64,000 nt of DNA from Octopus vulgaris (GCA_951406725.2 OX597834.1:24924001-24988000); one strand, 5' to 3'. Shown: positions 1 to 13,130, numbered from the stretch's first letter. Notes: generated from the sequence alone by a model not told the origin. Made by a program: numbers and translations.

Positions 1-943
1 GTCAAATGTAAATAATGTAAATAATATACTTAGACATACGGACGCGATGCACAACATTCTCGTATATCTACACCCGAGACAGGCGCACACACACGAACAC
101 CAGTGTTATAAATACACAGACATGTATATCTGATGGACACAGCAGTCTTATATGTGTACACAGAAAAAGCACACACAAACACAGACGGAGTAAATACAGC
201 CTTTCGGCCAAACAGATGAGTATGATAGGTAACGCCTGGAAGGAATCCTGAATGGATATAAAATGAGAAATTGCAAGAGAGGAGATAAATGTTGACCGGC
301 AAGCTAAGCGCCCGGTAGCGAAAGACAGAGCGATGGGAAAATTAGTCACGGGTCTCGTGTAGGCAGTAGATAGAAGGGAAGGGAAGGAAGATGAGAGAGA
401 GAGGGGGGAGCGGTAGAGAAAACAGGGAAGGGAGGGGCAAGTCTACAATTACGAGTGAGAAAACGAGAGAGAAGAAGAGAGGAAGTTGGGATGTTAGAAA
501 AGGAATATGATGACGAGAGAAAGAAAAATGTGTGTGTGTGTGTGTGTGATTTAACAAATAAAATACAATGACATGGATATTTCGCTTGCATGGGATAGGA
601 CCCATGACTTACAGGTCTTTAGCCTTGACGCTCCTTCGACTGGGTGTGACCTTATAATATATAGAAATAGAATACATAGAAATATATTAGCTATTATTAA
701 ATGAGAATATTTTATTAGAGTATTTTAAACGAAACACGCGAAATGATGGAATGATGGATAGAGAAAAATAAATATTTATTCCCAATGGAAAAGTAATTCG
801 AAATACGAAATGGTTGCACTTGTTTCTATTCAATTTATGTGAATTTCCTTGTAGTTGTAATTTTGGATGGATCCTGTGTGGGCGTGTGTGTGTGTGTGGG
901 GGGGGTAAATTCATATTGATTTATAGATGCATATAAACAAAGA

Positions 944-985
944 GATAGATAGATAGATAGATAGATATGTAGGTAGGTAGGTAGG

Positions 986-1056
<71 letters not shown>

Positions 1057-1244
1057 GTAGGTAGGTAGGTAGGTAGATAGATAAGATAGATAGATAGATA
1101 AGATAGATAGATAAGATAGATAGATAAGATAGATAGATAAGATAGATAGATAAGATAGATAGATAGATAGATAGATAGATAAGATAGATAGATAGATAGA
1201 TAGATAAGATAGATAGATAAGATAGATAGATAAGATAGATAGAT

Positions 1245-1319
<75 letters not shown>

Positions 1320-1332
1320 GCAGATAGGTAGA
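944..1332. repeat. (TAGA)n/(TAGG)n compound tetranucleotide microsatellite
   Basis: Direct reading; accounts for the LSIY-type ORF 911..1423. Confidence 0.97.
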
Positions 1333-1559
1333 TACCGTAATAGTCGATTGACAGAGACATACAGATAAACAGGCAGACAGACAGGACGACGGACGGACAG
1401 GAAGAAAGACAGTTGGAGACCACTCTACAGATTAAGATTGTTTTGTGAGAGTATTGTCAGACTGAAAGGTAAACGGACACGTATTGAGTCAGTTGTGTGT
1501 AATATAACACGTCATAAAGCTCCATCACCAGCACTCCGCCATTACTGTCATAACTGTAC

Positions 1560-2222
1560 AACCACACCACAGCCACCACCACCACCACTAGGGCATTCAA
1601 CAACATCACTGACAATAACATAAACACCACCACCACCACCGCCGTCGCCTCTACCACCACCACAACCACCACCACCAACCAACACCACCACTACCATCAC
1701 CACAACCACCACACTACCACCGCCACAACCTACCACCATCACAACCACTAAAACAACCACAACCGCCGCCACCACCACTACCACCGCTACAAACTACACC
1801 AACACCTAACACTACCAGCACCACCACAACACCACCAGCACAACCACACCGCCACAACACTACCAGGGCCTTCAACAACAACAACACTAATAACAACATA
1901 ACCTCCACCTCCACCACCACCATCATTACAACCATCACCATAATCACAACCACTACCACTACTGATACAACTACTACCACATCCACCATCACCCCCACTC
2001 CACCACGACCACCACCACTACAACCAATACAACCACTGCCACAAGAGCAGCATTAACACCACAACTACGACCACCACCGCCGACACCTCTGCCAACACAA
2101 CCACCCCACTACCACTGAGAAAACTACTAGCACAACCATCACCTCCATTACCACCGCCCCCTCCACTACCACCACAACCACCACAACTACCCACCTCACC
2201 ACCACCACCAATACCACCACTA
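1560..2222. repeat. Degenerate (ACC)n/(ACA)n low-complexity tract
   Basis: Direct reading; source of the poly-V/G/T/P ORFs. Confidence 0.95.
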
Positions 2223-2369
2223 CTCTTTGCATGAATAATCATGTCAACGGTGTAAAAAAATTCAACCTTGTTAGTTCTGATATTAAATCACTGGAAATAT
2301 AAGGTGATAGAATGCTTCGCTTCTCTCTCTCTCTCTATTTGTCCATTTCCCTTCCTCGCACCCTCTCCA

Positions 2370-2413
<44 letters not shown>

Positions 2414-2428
2414 TATATACATACATAC

Positions 2429-2460
<32 letters not shown>

Positions 2461-2647
2461 GCATATATACACACACACACATATATATATATATTATATA
2501 TATATATTCAAAATAAGCAACAAGGATATCCAATGTTATTTAGATTATAATCACCCCATTTTGAATTATATGGATAATACCATACCAAATTCTAGTGCCT
2601 TTAACTTTAGTACCATATTCAACTGAATCTAAATTTTTACTGAACTA

Positions 2648-2937
<290 letters not shown>

Positions 2938-2944
2938 ATTTGTG

Positions 2945-3080
2945 TAACATCGTCTGTTTTTCCGTCGTTGTTTTTGTATACATTCGATCCTTTTTCCAAG
3001 GAATCTAATGCCCGTAGCTTAGCTTTTCCTTGGAGCTGGCCAGATTGGAGCAATCTCAAGATTAGTCAACCGAAATTGCA
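2945..3080 (+). mobile_element. Fragment of an interspersed repeat, probably a PLE terminal repeat
   Basis: Reverse complement of ~26000-26140 (ttccaaggaatctaatg...cagattggagcaatctcaagatta); same family at 35275-35438. Confidence 0.75.
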
Positions 3081-3094
3081 CATGCAAAACCACC

Positions 3095-3690
3095 AGACTC
3101 CTTCATGAAGAAAGGTTGATTTTCCTCCAAGGCACATTCTTTCCACGTAGAATCAGCAACCGGCTATCCTTTCTTTCATTACCTTCCTATCTGCTTTCAG
3201 CACATGTACCTTCAACCCCACTTGCTACCCTATCTATGGACTCAGACATAACCACACCATCCAACGCATCCATTCACTCACACAACCACATATATTTCGT
3301 TGGTGCCCCTTCACACTCAACTACACATTCAAACTCGGCTGTTGCAGCATATTTTCTTCGCACTTTTCGCACATCACTTTCATTTTTGCACCATACACTA
3401 ACTTTGTATTCCTCTACACACAACCTCCCGACCTACGTACCCAACTACCTACAAAATACCTCTATCCAATATTCCCCATTAATTCCCCATATCTACACAG
3501 GTACATTCTCTCTTATCCCTCTACACTATCCTGATAAAGGACCTAAATCCGAAACATTGATTCTTGCCTTCTCGATCCTACACTGTAAAATACTTTTCAA
3601 ATACTTTTATTTCATCAGATGACTTATTGCTGACTTAAGCTCACAAGGGATTCCTCAGATTGCAGAGCTTGCGTAAGCGGCACTCTTAAG
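3095..3690 (+). mobile_element. Penelope-like element 3' end: GIY-YIG endonuclease C-terminus plus 3' UTR with a decayed hammerhead
   Basis: 3095-3175 translates RLLHEERLIFLQGTFFPRRISNRLSFL, like the PLE endonuclease end motif E(Q/E)RLIFxLGTxxPxG(I/L)N recalled from memory; CTGATAA-A-GGA-cctaaa-TCC-GAAAC at 3531-3555. Confidence 0.6.
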
Positions 3691-4532
3691 TATACACACA
3701 CACACACACAATACACAAGCACAAACACATGTTAATACTTACACACACACACATACACACACACACACACATACACACACACACACACATATACATATAT
3801 ATCTGTGTGCGTGAGTGCGTGAGTGTGCGTATCTATTTACACATATACGTATACCTTTACAGCAGACGACAACATCATGTGTTCGTTGACACGCGCACAT
3901 ACCATTACACACACATACCAACATGCATACATAGGTATATGACACACACAAACACAAACACACCCGTGTGTATGTATATATGAATGTATGTATACATGCG
4001 AATGCACATTTGTACACACGTAGACACAACGAGAGCTGCCATAGGTTGAAAGAAGGGGAATGTGTGATAAAACAGACGAAACTTCAACTTCTTAAAAAAA
4101 AGTAACCGGATTTTGGTTTTATTTCCATATCAATGTGTGCATTAGGTCGGGTGTCCAACCACCTACCCGGCATATGTGTACACAAAGACATATACCGAGT
4201 AGCTAGTTGTGTACACTTGCTTACATACATACATAAATACATACACACGCATATACACATACATACACATACATACACACGCATACACAGAGACACGCAC
4301 ATACTGACAGGCACGGATATATATGTATGTGTATATGCATTTTTATAGTTATATTTCTGTATATATGTATACGTTTAACTATCTATCTACCTATCTGTGT
4401 CTGTCTATCTATCTATCGGTCTGTCTGTCTATCTATCTACCTATCAAACTATCTACCTACCTATCTGTCTGTCTGTCTACCTACCTATCTATCTATCTAT
4501 CAATCTATCTATCTATATATCACCCTCTTTCC

Positions 4533-4567
<35 letters not shown>

Positions 4568-4690
4568 GAATATGCTTGTAAAAACGACTTACATATACAC
4601 AAATATACACCTCCGAACATCCATTCATATACACACACACATACGTTCCTATGCATTCATACATTCATATATACATACATGCATGCAATA

Positions 4691-4755
<65 letters not shown>

Positions 4756-5106
4756 TTATATGCCAACGTGCACACTCATGCACACATACACACACGCACA
4801 TATATATGCGTGTGTGTGTGAGTGCGTGTGTGTTTGTATATGTGAGAGTGTGTATGCCAACGGACCGATGTTTACCTGAAATCCAGGTACAATCAATGAG
4901 TCATGTCTACTTTTATGAACACCTGCATTATATATCTACATACTGATACATACCTGGATTATACTGTCTCCATATGAATGTATGAATCTTTGTACGTACG
5001 TATGTATGTATGTATGTATGTATGTATGTATGTATGTACGCATGTATGTATACACGTATATATCTATATCGAGCATTGTGCGTGTGTGTGCGTATGACCG
5101 TATGTT

Positions 5107-5158
<52 letters not shown>

Positions 5159-5537
5159 TACACATATATACATATATATTTATCCATAAAACACATACAT
5201 ATATAAATATATGTATATAAATATATATATACATATATATACATACATATAAATATATACATATATATACATAGATATATATAAATACATACATATACAA
5301 ATACATATACATATATGTATATACATGCATACATATATGCATATACATATATGTATATATATATATATATATACATATAGCTATTTATGTATTTATTTGT
5401 TTATTCATACATACGTATATAGTTACAGGTATGTATGTATGAATGCATGAACGTATCTATGATGTATACAAGGTATTGTATGATACCTTTCCTTTCTGTC
5501 TTGCTGTCATCTGTCTATCTATTATTATATATATATA

Positions 5538-5653
<116 letters not shown>

Positions 5654-6008
5654 CATACATACATACATACATACATATCATATATATATATACTCCACAC
5701 ACAGAGTGTAACTCCATCGTCCCGTCAACCACCACAAGTAAACAGCGATACTGTTGTTAAATCGTAATGCAGGTGAGTGTATATAAGTTAAGTGCGTATA
5801 CATGTATGTGCATAAGTGAATATATGTAAGTATAAGTGCGTGTATATAAGTGTAAGTTATTTAGTCCATGCGATTGGCTACATTTGTTGAGTTAAACTGG
5901 TTGACACAGTTACCTCAGTGATCAGTTAATAATTTGTTTAAATACAATGGGAGCCGCTTATTGTGATCATTTTGGGCTTAATCTTTTTTAAAAGAATTAC
6001 TGCTTTGT

Positions 6009-6040
<32 letters not shown>

Positions 6041-6094
6041 GCCACAGGTTTATGAAGTTAAGGAGAACAAAAAGTCTGGGAACCAGCAATTTTA

Positions 6095-6127
6095 ACAACA
6101 ACAACAACAACGACGACAACGACGACA

Positions 6128-6158
<31 letters not shown>

Positions 6159-6196
6159 CAACAACAACAACAACAACAACGACGACGACAACGACA

Positions 6197-6243
<47 letters not shown>

Positions 6244-6270
6244 AATAATAATAATAATAATAATAATAAT
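6095..6270. repeat. Compound (AAC)n/(GAC)n/(AAT)n trinucleotide tract
   Basis: Direct reading. Confidence 0.97.
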
Positions 6271-6820
6271 CCTTTCTACTGTAGGTACAACGTCTGAGAT
6301 TTGTGGAAAGGGGTTAAGTCTATTTCATCGATCCCAGTACTCAACTGGTACTTAATTTATCGACTCCGAAAGGATGAAAGGCGGAGTCGACCTCGGCGGA
6401 ATTTGAACTCAGAGTGTAAAGACGGACGAGAAACTTCTAAGCATTTTGCCCGGCGTGCTAATGCTTCTGCCAGCTCTACACCTTAATAATAATAATAATG
6501 ATTTCAAATTTTGGCACAAGGCCCGCAAGATCGGGGAGGAAATAAGTCAATTACATCGACTCCAGTGTTCAGCTATTATTTATTTTATCGATTCTGGAAA
6601 GATGAAAATGTAAGTCGAATTCGACGGAATTTGAATCGAGAACGTGAATACGGACGAAATATCGCTCAGCCTTTTGCCTGGCAAGCTAACGATTCTGCCA
6701 GTTCGCAACCTTAATAATGATAATAATAATTATTATCATTTCTACTCAAAGCACAAGGTCCTGAAAATTTTTTGGTGACGGGGGCTAGTCGATTACATCA
6801 CCCCCATTGCATAACTGGTA
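6271..6820 (-). mobile_element. Cluster of SINE family C copies (6271-6483, 6500-6712, partial 6740-6820) separated by (AAT)n
   Basis: Shared gaaaggatgaaaggc...gtcgacctcggcggaatttgaactcag and head ...ttctgccagctc. Confidence 0.9.
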
Positions 6821-6837
6821 ACGTTGCGGCAAAGGGA

Positions 6838-7045
6838 AACCGGACCGACTGGTGGAGAGTAAAAAACGAAAGAACTTGCATGATAATCGACATGTCCCAG
6901 TGGCAACGGGATCAAAGAGAAAGAAGAAGAAAAACTGAATAATTAAGACGATTTGAAGTGGGAAATACGAAGGCTGTGGTCAATAAGGAGAGTAGACATG
7001 ATGACAATAGTAATTGGCGCATTTGGAAGCATTAACACTCAACTA
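6838..7045 (+). pseudogene. R4/Dong-type non-LTR retrotransposon RLE endonuclease fragment
   Basis: Translates KNERTCMIIDMS.../KEKEEEKLNN*DDLKWEIRRLWSIRRVDMMTIVIGAFGSIN; homologous to the end of ORF 32879..33460. Confidence 0.8.
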
Positions 7046-7287
7046 TTCTTACTAAAAAGCTTCAGATCATCCATGGAGAGCAAATGGTTAATATTTCCCT
7101 TATTATTTCTAAACTGATACTCTGATTTTGCTTTCCTTAATACTAAACTGAGGGGGATCAAACATAAGATAAATATTAAAGGAGATAACGAGTCTCCTTG
7201 GAAAATTTATTTCCTGATATTAACCTTCCTATTAATTCTGCCATGAACGGAAGCCACTGGGCCGGCGGTTACATACATACATACATA

Positions 7288-7496
7288 CAGGGTGTCCCAA
7301 AAGTAGGTTTATTCAACTATCTCTTTCACATTCATATATTAACAACTTAGATTTTAATTATAAAAAAATTATAAACCATCATCATTTTATGATAATTTAG
7401 TTAATTGTAAGGTAGAAATTGAAATGTAATAAAATATTTTAAAAGAAATTTAAAATGCCTGCGTGATAAGTGTAAACCTACTTTTGGGCCATCTTG
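7288..7496. mobile_element. Tc1/mariner-type MITE
   Basis: TA-cagggtgtcccaaaagtaggttta ... taaacctacttttgggccatcttg-TA: 24-bp TIRs with 3 mismatches and TA flanks. Confidence 0.85.
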
Positions 7497-7504
7497 TATA
7501 TATA

Positions 7505-7669
7505 CAAGGTGGAAAAAAGAGTACTCAAATACCAGTGGTAGAGTAATATGCTTTATTTAAAGCAGCAGAAAATTCAACAAAACCGGTTACTCTGAGTTTC
7601 ACATTCCCGTTCGTGAAACTCAGAGTAACAGGTTTTGTTGAATCTTCTGCTGCTTTAAATAAAGTATAT
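7505..7669 (-). mobile_element. Fold-back PLE-type insertion: 57-bp inverted arms, ~40-nt tail, truncated hammerhead at the turn
   Basis: Arms 7546-7602 and 7613-7669 (3 mismatches); minus strand 7614-7588 reads ACGA-ACG-GGAA-TGT-GAAA-CTCAGAG-TA. Confidence 0.75.
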
Positions 7670-7891
7670 ATATATTTCAGTTTCCGTCTACTTAATCCAC
7701 TCACAAGGCTTTGGTCAGTCTGAAGCGACAGAAGAAAACACCTGCCTAAGGTATCACCCAGTGGGACTGAACCCAGAACCATGTGATTGGGAATTGTAAG
7801 GTAGAAATCGAAATGTAATAAAATATTTTAAAAGAAATTTAAAATGCCTGCGTGATAAGTGTAAACCTGCTTTTGGGCCATCTTGTATATA

Positions 7892-7926
<35 letters not shown>

Positions 7927-7949
7927 GAGTGTGTGAAAGCGTATGCACT

Positions 7950-8001
<52 letters not shown>

Positions 8002-8521
8002 GGTGTGTGCGTGAAAGATTGTAACTGAAAGAAAAGATGACAATAATGCTCAGAGAAACGTAGTGTTAATTCATAAATTTGTTTAAATTGCAATTTCAGT
8101 CGCTGCTCGATTTCATGCCCTGCAACCTTTCACAAACACAAACAAGAAACCGCTTATTGATAATCGAACCTTCCCACCACCTCTCACCTTCTCCAATCTC
8201 TGGCCTACTTACAATTTGCTATGCTCTCTTTCTTTTCATACAACTACTATCAGATCTTTTGTTCACTCTCTACTACCCCCATCACCATCCGTATTGCACT
8301 TGGTACCCTTTCTCTTGTTACATACAGAAGAACTACTCCAGACTACAGAATTATTCCTTCAACTCTTCCCGCCATTACATCGGTGCTGTTTTATTTCTCT
8401 CACAGTCGTCGTTCTTTCTCTTCCATATCTCGTCTTCTATTAAGGTGGCAGAATCGTTCGAGAGTCGGACAATATGCTCAGCAAGATTTCTCCCGGCTCT
8501 TTACATTCTGAGTTCAAATGC

Positions 8522-8694
8522 AACCGAGGACATCCCAAACATACATATTAGAGACCACAGACTACAGGAGGTGGAGAAGTTTACCTATCTTGGCTCTAAC
8601 GTTACTTACAACCTATCCCTTGATGCCGAGATCAATATACGCATTGGCAAGGCAGCTGCTGTGATGGCCCAACTCTCCAAACGGGCATGGGACC

Positions 8695-8698
<4 letters not shown>
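8522..8698 (+). pseudogene. RTE-clade LINE reverse transcriptase fragment
   Basis: IPNIHIRDHRLQEVEKFTYLGSNVTYNLSLDAEINIRIGKAAAVMAQLSKRAWDHN: FTYLGS...EINxRIGKA motif; interrupts a SINE C head at 8443-8527. Confidence 0.88.
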
Positions 8699-8726
<28 letters not shown>

Positions 8727-8729
<3 letters not shown>

Positions 8730-8938
8730 TCTTTTACTTGTTTCAGTCATTTGACTGCGGCCATGCTGGAGCACCACCTTTAATCGAGCAACTCGACCCC
8801 GGGACTTATTCTTTGTAAGCCCAGTACTTGTTCTATCGGTCTCTTTTGCCGAACCGCTAAGTGACGGGGACATAAACACACCAGCATCGGTTGTCAAGCA
8901 ATGCTAGGGGAACAAACACAGACACACAAACACACACG

Positions 8939-8974
<36 letters not shown>

Positions 8975-9082
8975 CATATATACGACGGGCCTCTTTCAGT
9001 TTCCGTCTACCAAATCGACTCACAAGGCTTTGGTCGGCCCGAGGCTATAGTAGAAGACACTTGCCCAAGGTGCCACGTATAA

Positions 9083-9128
<46 letters not shown>

Positions 9129-9292
9129 GACTGGTTTCTTTCAGTTTCCGTCTATTTAATCCACTCACAAGGCTTTGGTCAGTCTGAAGCGACAGAAGAA
9201 GACACTTGCTTAAGGTATCACCCAGTGGGACTGAACCCAGAACCATGTGATTGGGAAGCAAGCTTCCTACCACACAGCCACGCCTGCACCTA
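8727..9292 (-). mobile_element. SINE family B: head-less copy (8727-9077) and 5'-half copy (9127-9292)
   Basis: Near-identical to 9963-10366 and 36148-36551. Confidence 0.92.
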
Positions 9293-9962
9293 CGCATATA
9301 AAAGATAATAAACAACGTGTTTTAACAATTTTTTAAAAATACAATTCCTAATAACAACTAATTATAAGAGTACTTTTAAACATCGAATGGCTATGAAGGT
9401 TCATCCAAGTGAAATAGAAATCAAAGGAGTCGATGAGCAAAGTATGTTCGAGAACCACTGTCGTAGCACCACTGCTAATTCCCTGCCCCCACACAACATA
9501 GTAAAAAAATTGTAATCTTAACAAGCCTAACTAAACAGACACACCTTCACTGCATCAGTTACGTCTTTTCCCTACACGCCCCAGACTTTCTACTAAGTAC
9601 GTCACTCACTCACAGCTTCCCATCATTTCAACACTATGGAATTTCCTCTTGACTCATTTAGTCTTATTTTTTGTATTTTGTCTTTCCTCTTCTTCAAACG
9701 GGCGTTGACTTGCAGAAAAAATTCCTGCTGCGAAGGTCAGGGAAATCGATATTTCTTGTTTAAAGAAACGAAGTGTAAACTAGGAAATACGAAGTTTGAT
9801 AAGGTATTACGTACGTATGTACGTACATACATACATACATACATACATACATACATACATACATACATACATACATACATACATACATACATACATACAT
9901 ACATACATACATACATACACACACACACAAACACACACACACACACACATATATTACCCTTT

Positions 9963-10366
9963 TACTCTTTTACTTGTTTCAGTCATTTGACTGCAGCCAT
10001 GCTGGAGCACCGCCTTTAGTCGAGCTAATGAACCCCAGGACTTATTCTTTGTAAGCCTAGTACTTATTCTATCGGTCTCTTTTGCCGAATCGCTAAGTGA
10101 CGGAGACGTAAACACACCAGCATCGGTTGTCAAGCGATGTTGGGAGGGACAAACACAGACACACAAAGATATACACACACATACATATATATACATATAT
10201 TCGACGGGCTTCTTTCAGTTTCCGTCTACCAAATCCACTCACAAGGCTTTGGTCGGCCCGAGGCTATAGTAGAAGACATTTGCCCAAGATGCCACGCAGT
10301 AGGACTGAACACGGAACCATGTGGTTAGTAAGCAAGCTACTTACCACACAGCCACTCCTGCGCCTA
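9963..10366 (-). mobile_element. SINE family B, full length (~400 bp; tRNA-like head, CORE-like ccttgggcaagtg box, internal (TA/TG)n)
   Basis: Minus strand: ggcgcaggagtggctgtgtggtaag (A box)...GTTCAGTCC (B-box-like)...; 3' end cagtcaaatgactgaaacaagtaaaagag. More than 15 copies in the window. Confidence 0.93.
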
Positions 10367-10377
10367 TATACATACAT

Positions 10378-10437
<60 letters not shown>

Positions 10438-10446
<9 letters not shown>

Positions 10447-10768
10447 GAAATGAGGTAATCAGAAGATCGGATGGTTCATGTTTATAGATATTTATTTATA
10501 TATTACATTTTTTACATATATATATCATATCATTCGGATTATTAGCGCTTTCTCCCATTCCAGTGGGGTTTTCCAGTGGGGATTTGATTTGAAAACCCCA
10601 CTGGAATGGGAGAAAGCGCTAATAATCTGAAAGATATGATCTGAATGATATGATATATATATGTAAAAAATGTAATATATAAATAAATATCTATAAACAT
10701 GAACCATCCGATCTTCTGATTACCTCATTTCTTCTAATATATAATACCTGTACATCATCTCCAAACCT

Positions 10769-10772
<4 letters not shown>
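10438..10772. mobile_element. Fold-back insertion in (TA)n: ~135-bp inverted arms plus ~30-nt tail
   Basis: Left arm 10438-10573, loop 10574-10590, right arm 10591-10740 (with a 14-nt insertion), tail 10744-10772, (TA)n on both sides. Confidence 0.9.
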
Positions 10773-10808
<36 letters not shown>

Positions 10809-11378
10809 GTAAAGAGTGAAGTGTGTGTGTGTGTATGTGTGCATGTATGTATATATAATCGATACAAGTGTATGTGTGTATATATATATATATATATGTA
10901 TATGTGTGTGTTTGTGTGTGTGTGCTTGTGTGTGAATGCATGATGGGCTTCTAACAGTTTCCGTTTACCAAATTTATTCACAAGGCACTATTGGACTGGT
11001 AACTAATGTAGAAGCTATTTGCCCAAGGTACAGCACAGCGAAACTGAACCTGAAACCATGTGAATGCAAACCGAAACTCTTAACCACACACACTCATGCC
11101 TGCACGTGCGCATGCGCGCAGATGCACACACATTCATACGTACAAGCGTATGTGTATGGGGAGACAGTAGGAGGGACGAGGTGTAAGAAACGAGCAAGCG
11201 GAATGGAGATCGAGTGGGGGTGTATATGTGAATGTGTGTGTGCGTGCGCATGTATCTGTATACCGGATGTTAATGAGACTTGAGAGATTTGTTTTCTATA
11301 CACGCAAACACTCATACACAAACACACACACACACACATATACACTGTAAATAGAAAAAGTAAATAAAAATATACATA

Positions 11379-11421
<43 letters not shown>

Positions 11422-11422
<1 letters not shown>

Positions 11423-11638
11423 GAGGCGCAATGGCCGAGTGGTTAGGGCAGCGGACTTGCGGTCGGAGGATCGCGGTTTCGATTCCCAGACCGGGCGTTG
11501 TGTGTGTTTATTGAGCGAAAACACCTAAAAGCTCCACGAGGCTCCGGCAGGGGATGGTGGTGATCCCTGCTGTACTCTTTCACCACTCTAAAAGGCGGTG
11601 CTCCAGCATGGCCGCAGTCAAATGACTGAAACAAGTAC

Positions 11639-11664
<26 letters not shown>
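11422..11664 (+). mobile_element. Chimeric SINE: family A head/body joined to family B 3' end and poly(A)
   Basis: A sequence runs to ...tttcaccactct (~11589), then aaaggcggtgctccagcatggccgcagtcaaatgactgaaacaagt and an A-run. Confidence 0.88.
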
Positions 11665-11679
<15 letters not shown>

Positions 11680-11680
11680 G

Positions 11681-11716
<36 letters not shown>

Positions 11717-12163
11717 GTCAAATCTATGTCTAACTGTGAATAAATAAAAAAACTACAGACAAACATAACATGTATACATAAGTGTGAGTGTGTGTCTGTG
11801 CATGTTTGTCTGTATGTCCATGTAGGTGTGTATATGTGTGTGTATGTGAGTGTGTAGTAATCTGTGTGAGTATGTGTTTCAAACGTGTTTTCGTAGTTTT
11901 TAAAGAAAAAAACGGAAATGCTCAGACGCTATAAGAAAGAACGAAAGAAAGAAAGAGTGAAGGAAAGGAAGAATGAATCAAAGAAAGAATGAAAGAAAGA
12001 AAGAGCGAAATAAAGAAAGAAGGAAAGAAAAAACTGAATGAAAGAAAGATTGGATGAAATATGCAGTAAAAGCGAAAAAAAAGGGGAAAAAGGGAAAAAA
12101 AATGCAAACTTACACAAATAAAATACATACACACAGACAGACAGACGCACAGACACATATATG

Positions 12164-12231
<68 letters not shown>

Positions 12232-12234
<3 letters not shown>

Positions 12235-12321
12235 GCGCAGGAGTGTCTGTGTGGTAAATAGCTTGCTTACCAACCTTCGGCAAGTGTCTTCTACAATAGC
12301 CTCGGGCCGACCAAAGCCCAT

Positions 12322-12380
<59 letters not shown>

Positions 12381-12612
12381 AAATATTATGTGTGTGTGTG
12401 TGTATTTGTGTGTCTGCTTTTGCCCCACCACCACCACCATCACTTAACAACCGATGTTGGTGTGTTTACGTCTCCGTAGTATAGCGGTTCAGCATAAGAG
12501 CCCGATAGATTAAGTAAGAGGCTTACAGAGAAAAATTCCTGGGATCGATTTGTTCGAATAAAGGCGGAGCTCCAACATGGCCGCAGTCAAATAACTGAAA
12601 TAAGTAAAAGAA
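12232..12612 (+). mobile_element. SINE family B with internal deletions
   Basis: Head aggcgcaggagtgtctgtgtggtaaatagcttgc, tail ccgcagtcaaataactgaaa. Confidence 0.9.
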
Positions 12613-12678
12613 GATATATATATATCTATATATATATATATCTGTAATATAATACGCGACAATTATTCAGTTGCCATA

Positions 12679-12737
12679 ATAAAACTCCGAGTTTCGGATG
12701 TCGGGGCGGAAACCTGCTCCGGCATTTCGTCAATTAT
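12679..12737 (-). ncRNA. Degenerate type-I hammerhead ribozyme in a short island between (TA)n tracts
   Basis: Minus: ATAA-TTGACGA-(imperfect long stem II atgccgg/ccgacat)-GAAA-CTCGGAG-TT-TTAT. Stem I ATAA/TTAT is perfect; core C3 is changed to T. Confidence 0.6.
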
Positions 12738-12760
12738 CGAGGGAATCAAAACAAATGTTG

Positions 12761-12815
<55 letters not shown>

Positions 12816-12819
<4 letters not shown>

Positions 12820-13130
12820 AACTTATAAATAAGGGCAAACGAAAAACATTTCTAATGCCAAATATGCCGAAATTAGACACCCTTTCCATAACCATATAAT
12901 TTTTCCACAATACGCACGCTACTCAAAAAAGGTCGACAGAAATTTCTAAAAAATTACATTATTACCATATCGGACCGATTTCAGGGTTAGTTCATAAGAA
13001 CCCTCCCTTCGTCAGTGATAAATGTGGCAAAGAAATATATGAGATACTTACTCATACCCATGGAAGAAGCAAATACTAAGTCATGAGCACAATTAAGTAC
13101 CCCAAATACATCCAAAATAGAAATTCTCCA
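12816..13130 (-). mobile_element. PLE terminal-repeat fragment, same family as the 20.5-kb fold-back
   Basis: Starts at the (TA)n edge with aaacaacttataaataagggcaaa...ctaatgccaaatatgccgaaa, matching 20526-20590 and the reverse complement of 20597-20738. Confidence 0.75.
12968..13020 (-). ncRNA. Minimal type-I hammerhead ribozyme, slightly decayed
   Basis: Minus: TATCA-CTGACGA-AGGG(18-nt loop)CCCT-GAAA-TCGG-TC-CGATA. Intact core and GUC site; one mismatch in stem I; TCGG is one change from palindromic CCGG. Confidence 0.7.

Noticed and set aside
3588-3622. Minus-strand CTGATGA-aata..tatt-tGAAA
   Set aside because: AT-only stem II and no stem I; likely chance.
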